In this document: piece after piece, positions 60,783 to 64,000 of the stretch | How positions within the stretch are numbered: position 1 is the stretch's first letter | How the letters are laid out: the number at the start of each line of letters is the position of its first letter | NCBI GenBank assembly: GCA_964016885.1 | Contig: OZ024743.1 | Location: forward strand, 266,104,001 to 266,168,000 | DNA length: 64,000 bases | DNA from: Eledone cirrhosa | Taxonomy: Eukaryota | Reading direction: 5' to 3' | Translations under genes and position numbers: made by a program | The notes under the pieces: generated by a model | The model's input: only the letters and a program-made list of their open reading frames with translations | Told to the model about the DNA's origin: nothing | Databases searched by the model: none

Positions 60783-61680
60783 TATATATATATATAAACA
60801 GGATATCTGAAAGAGCACGGCAACAATTGTTGAAGTTCAAAGAAAACTTTATTTATACAATAGGGAGGAGACGTGCGAAGACTGCTAGTAGAAAAGGCCG
60901 CATAAAACTACGAGTTTCCTGATCTCAATTAAGACAAGTACCATCTCCAGTTCTGTACGGGTGCACACTCAGAGGGGATCCATTCTTCGGGCAATGCTTG
61001 CCTCTTTAACATAACTTTGAAAGAACTGCTTAGAAATCAGCACTCTCCTCTCTATCCGTTCTTTTCAAGGAAGACGGCACAATTGACTCAGTTGATAGCC
61101 CGATCAATGCCACATGTAACAGTAGGTTTTCGACGAAATAAACGTTACAAAATTTTCAAAAATTAGAGTTAAAACTTCACGTTCGTATCACCAATGTATG
61201 ACAAAAAGAACAAGCCAAGACAATTCTCGAAAACATTATGTAGACATCATATATCTATGTGTGTAAGTACACATTTATGAAGGCACGTATGTCTTGAAGC
61301 TTTAATATATCCTATAAATATATAGCGACCGATTTCAAACTGAAATTAGAAAGGTGTTTAACTTGAACAATTACTTGTCTTGTCAATCCACTGAACAGAC
61401 AGAAGACATTTAGTGGAATGTAAACATACATTCAGCAATAATCACGTAGAAAAATAATTTAGTACATTAAAAAAGTACAATAAAGAAATTATTTGACTTC
61501 AAAACAAACCTCTCAAATTCATACTCTCTCTCTCTAACCCCCTTCCATCTCTCTCTCTCTGTCTGTATCATTCTCCCCCTCTCTCTATATATATAAATAT
61601 GTGTTTGTATGTATGTGTATATGTGTGTGTATGCACGTACACGCAACCACATAAATATTATATAGATACATACGTACCTG

Positions 61681-61730
<50 letters not shown>

Positions 61731-62212
61731 TCTCTCTCTCTCTCTAGCAAACATCACGGACGCTCTATCTCAAAATTATTTTTGAAAAGCATTAGAAATG
61801 CGCAACCGGCAAAACTAAAAACCAAAACTCAATACTAACCATACTATTACTAATTCTCACTTATTCCTAATTAAACTATTTTTCACTATGAACAATTTGT
61901 CAGCATTTTCTATTCCGTTTACCAATATATATATATATATATATATATGTGTGTAATTTTCTCTCTTGTTCCAATCCCACCGAGGAAACATGAACAAATT
62001 ATTTTCTAAACATCGATATCTTCCGCCCTCCTTATAAATTAATATTTTTTTTACCAAATTGCTAAATATCTAACGATCTATTCATCTCTCTCTTCTTCAC
62101 TTGTTGTTACACACTCACTTTTACATGTCTATAGATGTACAGCTATGCAATCATGCGTTTACACATACCTACGTAAACCTATGCGGATTGTGTGTACATA
62201 GAATACGCACTT

Positions 62213-62250
<38 letters not shown>

Positions 62251-62345
62251 TATATATATATATATATATACGTATATATGTGTGTATTTATATATATACA
62301 TATATTTATGAATAGACACATTATACATACATACACACACACACC

Positions 62346-62406
<61 letters not shown>

Positions 62407-62414
<8 letters not shown>

Positions 62415-62750
62415 AGATCAAAAGATGGTTAAAGGAGTTCCATGTATTTTATTATGCGCATTTCAAAAACAAACATCATCATGCAATAATATTTGTGTTT
62501 TCATCAGATAAAACAGGAGAACATGATATGAAGGCTAAAAAACACTTGTGCATAGTGCAGTTTTAAATCAACATATCAACATATGTTGATTTAAAACTGC
62601 ACTATGCACAAGTGTTTTTTAGCCTTCATATCATGTTCTCCTGTTTTATCTGATGAAAACACAAATATTATTGCATGATGATGTTTGTTTTTGAAATGCG
62701 CATAATAAAATACATGGAACTCCTTTAACCATCTTTTGATCTTATATTAT
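62407..62750. mobile_element. Perfect palindrome (170 bp arms, caac spacer) made of an HHR-bearing pLTR-like end
   Basis: 62407-62576 is the exact reverse complement of 62581-62750; (TA)n on the left. Confidence 0.92.
62644..62710 (+). ncRNA. Type I hammerhead ribozyme (mirror on - at 62447-62513)
   Basis: ttttat CTGATGA aaac...tttt GAAA tgcgca TA ataaaa. Confidence 0.8.
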
Positions 62751-62833
62751 GTATACTCCAGTCCTACAAACTGTAGAGTGCTTCTTATCCGATATCTGCA
62801 TTGCTTTATTGTACTACAATAGAACTCACCTCC

Positions 62834-62917
<84 letters not shown>

Positions 62918-63651
62918 TACAAACATATACATGCATACACACTTGTCTACGTAAGTACATATTACATATATACGTTCACACATGCATGCATATATACATG
63001 GATACATACAATCTGAAATACCTATGTATGCAATCATCACACTTCTTCCAATCATAGGCCGTCTAACGAACCTCCAAAACGACGGTATTCCTGTTTCTTC
63101 TGTCCTTGACAGTTCCCTTTAAATGTTTAATACTTTGATGATCAATAACAGATATATGGATTTATCTAAGGCATTTGTCAAAGTAGCCCAATGCCTATAG
63201 CTCTTATTGTATTTCGTTTAAAGTATCACCGTATCTGATTGAAATAGTTTTAGTTTCCAATCCTCAAACATATGGATCACTCACCGCAGAATATGATGGA
63301 TGACCATTTTATGTATGTATGGATTGATTAATTTATATGTGAAAATATATCCACTTACCACAATCCGCTTAATCATATTGAACAAGAGTCTACGCAACAC
63401 GACTTCACCCCGATTGAGAGATTGCGAAACGAAGATCTTAACAACACTGTCATGTGTACATGTATGACTGCATGTAGATATATATACTTATATATGAAGG
63501 GGATCCAGCCGTAATAACTAAGCCAGAACAGCTCTGTATGAGCAAGACACGGCCATCTGATCTGGCTAGTCTCACAACGGGTCAACTCATCTAAAGCATG
63601 TTAACGTGTATAAATGGACGTGAAACGGTGATGATGATGATGATGATGATG

Positions 63652-63684
<33 letters not shown>

Positions 63685-64000
63685 TATATATATGATGATG
63701 ATATCATACTCATACTCTCCCACCCACACTAACTTTCGGCAGACTGCCACTGACGGGATGGCTGCAGTAAGCTATATATTACACGCCTGAATAGGTCATT
63801 GTTTGGTTGAGAGGAGGAACTGCCTAGGCGAATTTCGTTGAACTCTGCGGTAGCTAATGGTCAACTTACTTCGGACCTGCGCCTGCGCAGACCGGTGGGG
63901 GTGGATTGGTACTCACAAGCGACGGATGACGGATCCATGAGGACACACTTCGTCCGTTCCTATATCGATTCAATGTGGATTGCCTCGGAAACATAACCTT

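Overview
AT-rich eukaryotic (animal) genomic DNA, saturated with (TA)n, (CA)n, (GA)n and (TACA)n microsatellites. The SINE and repeat landscape suggests a cephalopod (Octopus-like) genome; this is inference. Nearly all ORFs in the supplied track are microsatellite artefacts. The one host gene I can support is on the + strand: four small phase-compatible GT-AG exons (20407-20497, 34920-35053, 40509-40658, 57035-57125) encoding one complete CUB domain and the start of a second. The rest is mobile DNA: at least five decayed Penelope-like elements (RT and/or GIY-YIG), a near full-length Tx1/L1-like LINE, R4/Dong-like fragments in (TACA)n, tRNA-derived SINEs and a non-autonomous Helitron. The main discovery is about 21 type I hammerhead ribozyme (HHR) motifs found by eye, 14 with an intact CUGANGA/GAAA/UH core, from at least a dozen unrelated sequence families inserted in or next to (TA)n tracts. 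Many have a palindromic 6-8 nt stem III and a much enlarged stem II. Several sit in non-coding, terminally redundant or circularly permuted units of about 470, 553 and 991 nt (retrozyme/circular-RNA-like), or in large fold-back palindromes with 170-545 bp arms. All coordinates and pairings were read by eye; no ribozyme activity has been tested.
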